Shown one piece after another: positions 60,478-64,000 of a stretch of DNA of 64,000 nucleotides (the first letter of the stretch is position 1; every line of letters begins with the position of its first letter). The position numbers and the translations under genes were made by a program. The notes beneath the pieces were generated by a model. That model made no database searches, was not told the origin of the DNA, and was given only the letters and a program-made list of their open reading frames with translations. Origin of the DNA: Scenedesmus sp. PABB004 (taxonomy: Eukaryota); assembly GCA_014905635.1 (NCBI GenBank), contig JABVCE010000034.1, positions 62,001-126,000 of the forward strand, given 5' to 3'.

Positions 60478-62443
60478 TCACATGAACAGCACGCGGCCAG
60501 GGTGGTGCCGGCACAGCGGCACCGCCAGCCCCGCGCACGGCGGGGCGGCGCACGCGCACGCGCAGGCGCCGCAGCCGCCGGGGCACAGCGCCGGCGGCCG
60601 CGCGAGCGCGCACGCGTGGTGGCGGTGGCAGCCGCACGCCGCCGCTGCCGCCGCCCAGCTGTGCTGCTGCTCCGCCACGACGGCGTGCGCGGCGTGCGCG
60701 ACGCATCCAGGCGCCCAGCCGCGCGCGCAGCAGTGCGGCGCCTGCGCGGGCGCCGCCCAGCTCAGCCCGCCTTGGCAGGCGGGCCCGGCGGCCGGGCTGC
60801 GTGGCAGCGGCGCACACGGCGCAGCGCAGGCGGCGCCCCAGCCGCACTGGTGGGGCGGGGCGCCGCCTGCCGCCGGCGCAGCGCTCCAGCCCCCGCCATG
60901 GCCAGCGCCGCCCGAGCACGTGGGGCAGCCGCAGGCCGGCTCCGCAGGCGCCGGCGCTGGTGCGGCGCGCTGCGGGCTGGCGGCGCAGCAGCCGCACGCT
61001 CCGCGCGCTGGCGCCGGCGCGGGGCTGCGCGGCGGCTGCTGCGGCGCGTGCTGGTGCGGGCGCCAGCCGCACGGGCCCGGGCTGCCGCCGGCGCCGATGC
61101 TGGCGCCCGCCAGCCGCGCGGCGAGCGCGCTGGGGCTGCTGTGCTGCTGCGGCGCGGGGCTCGCGGCACCGCGCGCAGCCGTGGCCGCAGCCGGCGAGCC
61201 GCCGGGCTCAGGGTCAAGGTCAGCGGGCCAGCTGGGCTCGGGGCTCCCCCAGCCCGAGTGGGCCGCGCCGCGGCCGCCGCCGCAGGGCGCCGGCAGCTGC
61301 CCGGGGGCGCGGCCGAGCGCGCCCGGCTGCGCGAGCTCGTGCGGCGCCGCGCTCCAGCTGCGCACCACCTCGACCGTGGCCCTGCGCCCCGGGGGCGCGG
61401 GGGCGGTGTGGGGTGCGGCGAGTTCGCGGCGCGCCGCCAGCCCCGGCCGCTGCGCAGCAGCGTGCAGGCCCGCGCCTGCCGCCGCCAGGGCGGCGCGCGC
61501 GCGGCGCACCGCACGACGAGGCAGTCGCCCGCGAGGTAGCGCCCCGCGTGCTGCTCCAGCAGCGCGGCGCGCACAAAGGCGGGGTACCCAGCCACCACGC
61601 CCGCGCCGCCGGGCCACGCCGCGCGGGGGCCGCCGCCGGGCGACGCCCCCGGCTTTGACGCGCGCGTGAGGTGGCGCCCGCGCCCCGACTGCGCGCGCAG
61701 GCGCGGGCGTGGCGGCAGTCGGGGTGCGGCGGCGGCCGCGCCGGCGCCCTCGACAGCGCGTGGGCATGGGCGCGGACGGCCCTCCTGCAAGGCGGCGGGC
61801 GCGCACCTGGTCCAGGATGGCGATCTCATGCAGCACGTGGCACGGCGCTGTCGCGGCGGCGGCGCCGTCGGGGCCGCAGGCGGTGAGGAAGACCGAGACG
61901 TGCCCCGCGCTGTCTGCCGCCACGCCCGCGGGCCAGACCTCCAGCCGGAACGACTGGCCGCCCGCGTCAAACGCGTCTGAGCACACGCGCGTGCCGGGGC
62001 CCAGCGAGCGGCAGAGCGCGAAGCTGCGCGCGCGCGGGCGTCGGTGGCGGGCGGCGCGCGCCGCGGCGGCGGCAGCGCGGCGCGGCGCGGTGCACCCACC
62101 CGCTGATTGTGTAGCAGTGCGCAGCGCCGACGGTGGTCAGCTCGCGGAAGCTGCTGCTCGCCTGCAGCCCCGGCCACGCCCAGGGCCGCGCAGCGCCGCC
62201 GCGCTTGGCCGGCAGCGACCGCGCCACGCGCCGCTCGCCGCCGCCGGCGCCGGCGCCGGCATCGGCGGCGGCGGGGCCGCCTGGCGCCGGCGCAGGCGCG
62301 GGCGCCGCGGGCTGCACGGGCGCCGGCGGCGTCGCGGGCTGCTCCGCGGGCGGCGGCGCCGCCGCCGCGGGCTGCTGCTCCTCGGACTGCTCCTCCGCCG
62401 GCGGCGGCGGTGCGGGTGACCCGTCCTCGGCGGCCTGCTCCAT
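60478..62443 (-). CDS. MATH (TRAF-like) domain protein with Cys/His-rich tail
   Basis: HCYTISG|FALC...SDAFDAGGQSFRLEVWPAG...HVSVFL, ILDQ|SGRG, GYPAFVRAALLE..YLAGDCLVVR|ATVEVV. No BTB domain follows. Confidence 0.8.
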
Positions 62444-62965
62444 GCTGCGGCCGACTGACGGCGCGCTGACCGAGCGCGGTCAACTCCGCTGACCAGGCGC
62501 GCTGGCCCCGCCCTGCGGCCTGGAGTGCGCGTGAGCTTGCTGGGGTGCACGTCCACACGCCGGGGGGCTGCGGAAGCGAGGGCGGACGACAGCAACAGAC
62601 GCGCCGCCGCTGTACCCCGCCTGCCTTTGGCGCTGGCCCGCGGGCTGCGCCTCGCCCCAGCCCGGCACCCCAGACCAGCTCGTTTCAGCTTACGGCGCTC
62701 CAGCAGCGCCCGCGGAGCCCCTTTCCCGCCGGCACCAGCTTCACTCTGCATTCGCGGCCAGCCAGCCGCGCGCCCGGGGTCGGGCAGCTCGTCCAAGCAG
62801 CTCTCGCGAGCTCATCGCCCCGCGCAGCAGCTCCGGGGCAGCGCGGCGCAGCTCCGGCGCGCCGGCAGCGGCCGGGCCAGGGCGGCCAGCGCAGCAGCAG
62901 CGGGCGGGACGCGCGGCCGCCACCCCCCCCCCCGCGGGCGCCTGCGCGGGCCAGTGCGGAACGCC

Positions 62966-63842
62966 ATGGTCTACTGGGGCTGCTCCACGCCGCGCAACCG
63001 CTGCGCCTGGGGGCTCTTCGCGCTCGCGGCGGCGGCGGGCGGGCTGCTGCTGATCGCGGGCGGCGCCAAGCTCGACGTCTGCGCCAGCCTGCCCGTCCGC
63101 GTCCACGCCGCGGGAGCGTGCGCGGTGGGCCCAGTGGCCATGATGGTCATCGGCGGCTTCGTGCTCCTCGGCACGCTCCCCAGCCTGCTCTTCTTCAGCG
63201 GCTGCGCGCGCGGCCCGCCGGCGCCGCACGACCCCCGCCAGGCGCGCGCCGCGGCGCGGCGCCGGCGCCGCAGCTTGCCGGCGCGCTGCGCGGCGCGCGC
63301 CGCGCCATGCCCCGCGCGCCGCCGCTGCGCGGCCGGCCGCGCCTGACGCCCCCCCCCCCCCCCCCCCCCCCCCCGCCCGCGCGGCGTAGGGCGTGCCCGC
63401 GTCGGGCATCACCGTCGTGCGCCGCACGCCCGGCGGGCCGCAGGTCTATCAGTATGACGCGGCGGGCAAGCTGGTCGCCGCGCCCGACTGCGCGCGCGCG
63501 GGGCGCCGGGCCGACTACGTGCTGGACGGGCACGGCCCCAAGGCCCCGCCCGCGCTGCACCTCGCGCCGGGCGGGAAGGGCGGGCCCGGCGGCGACAAGC
63601 AGCACGCGCCCGGCTTGCCCGGCTCGCCGCGCGGCGGCGGCGTGCCGCGGCTCTACGGCAGCGACAGCGGCGAGCCCGCGGCGACGGGCGAGGTCATCGT
63701 GCGGCTCGGCCCGCTCACCGCGGGGCGGCCCGCCGCCGCGCAGCTCTTCGTGGCGGCGCAGCCGCCGCCGGGGCAGGCGCAAGCGCAGGCGCAGCAGCAG
63801 CAGCGCGGGCAGCAGCCGCCGCCGCCGGCGGAGGGCAAGTGA
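62966..63842 (+). CDS. Hypothetical membrane protein (2 TM helices, Pro/Gly-rich tail)
   Basis: Hydrophobic segments WGLFALAAAAGGLLLIAGG and VAMMVIGGFVLLGTLPSLLFF. A GC-AG intron (63242-63389, branch CTGAC, poly-C tract) joins ORF 63393..63842 in frame. Confidence 0.65.
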
Positions 63843-64000
63843 CGCGCGGGCGCTGGTCGGCAGGTGAGGGCAACCGAGGTCGAGGCACAGGCGCCGTTGG
63901 TTCCAGCGGCCCGCGGGGGCCTCGCTCGCTCCAGCGCGCCCGCGTCTCAGCGAGCACCACGCGCGCGTCCTGCCAAGGCAGGCCAAGCAATCCGAGGCCC

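Noticed and set aside
10361..62443. Functional cluster of mitochondrial or ubiquitin genes (IDH, NDUFB8, TOM7; NPL4, USP, MATH, F-box)
   Set aside because: These genes are dispersed among unrelated ones and belong to large functional classes; there is no evidence of co-regulation.
1..64000. Hundreds of long overlapping Arg/Ala/Pro/Gly-rich ORFs on both strands (e.g. 6863-9619, 8866-12105, 22962-24764, 29498-31741)
   Set aside because: Expected from stop-codon scarcity at very high GC. They are shadows of real spliced genes and carry no domain signal.

Overview
Eukaryotic nuclear DNA, extremely GC-rich (roughly 75-80% by eye) and gene-dense, with many short spliceosomal introns (GT-AG and unusually many GC-AG, with CTGAC/CTCAC-type branch points). 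Gene content (OPR RNA-binding protein, plant-type NDUFB8/TOM7/NPL4, AP2 domain, C-terminal MYND protein, TGTAA poly(A) signals) points to a chlorophyte green alga, probably Chlorophyceae (inference). Most long ORFs in the supplied track are GC artefacts, so genes were rebuilt by hand across introns. About 20 genes are recognisable: low-complexity protein, MYND protein, OPR protein, NAD-IDH regulatory subunit, F-box-like/LRR protein, a tandem pair of secreted Pro/Cys-rich proteins, a chimeric gene, an OPR pseudogene, a chlorophyllase-like hydrolase, REC114/PHS1, NPL4, PhyH dioxygenase, NDUFB8, a conserved plastid-type protein, TMEM231, SOUL, TSEN34, a collagen-like secreted protein, TOM7, a MATH protein and a 2-TM protein. 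Highlights: (1) an intact spliced ORF fusing a degenerate PD-(D/E)XK-like domain, a ubiquitin protease lacking its Cys box, and an AP2 domain; (2) a secreted collagen with a sequon-dense NATNxTL heptad stalk and a Cys-rich head; (3) a ~1185-aa secreted protein of novel two-Cys repeats with a truncated tandem paralog; (4) palindromic poly(A) signals shared by convergent genes; (5) at least 16 GC-AG introns; (6) meiosis and cilium genes. Several genes carry single-base indels in short G/C runs, most likely assembly errors. All family calls come from remembered motifs; no database search was run.
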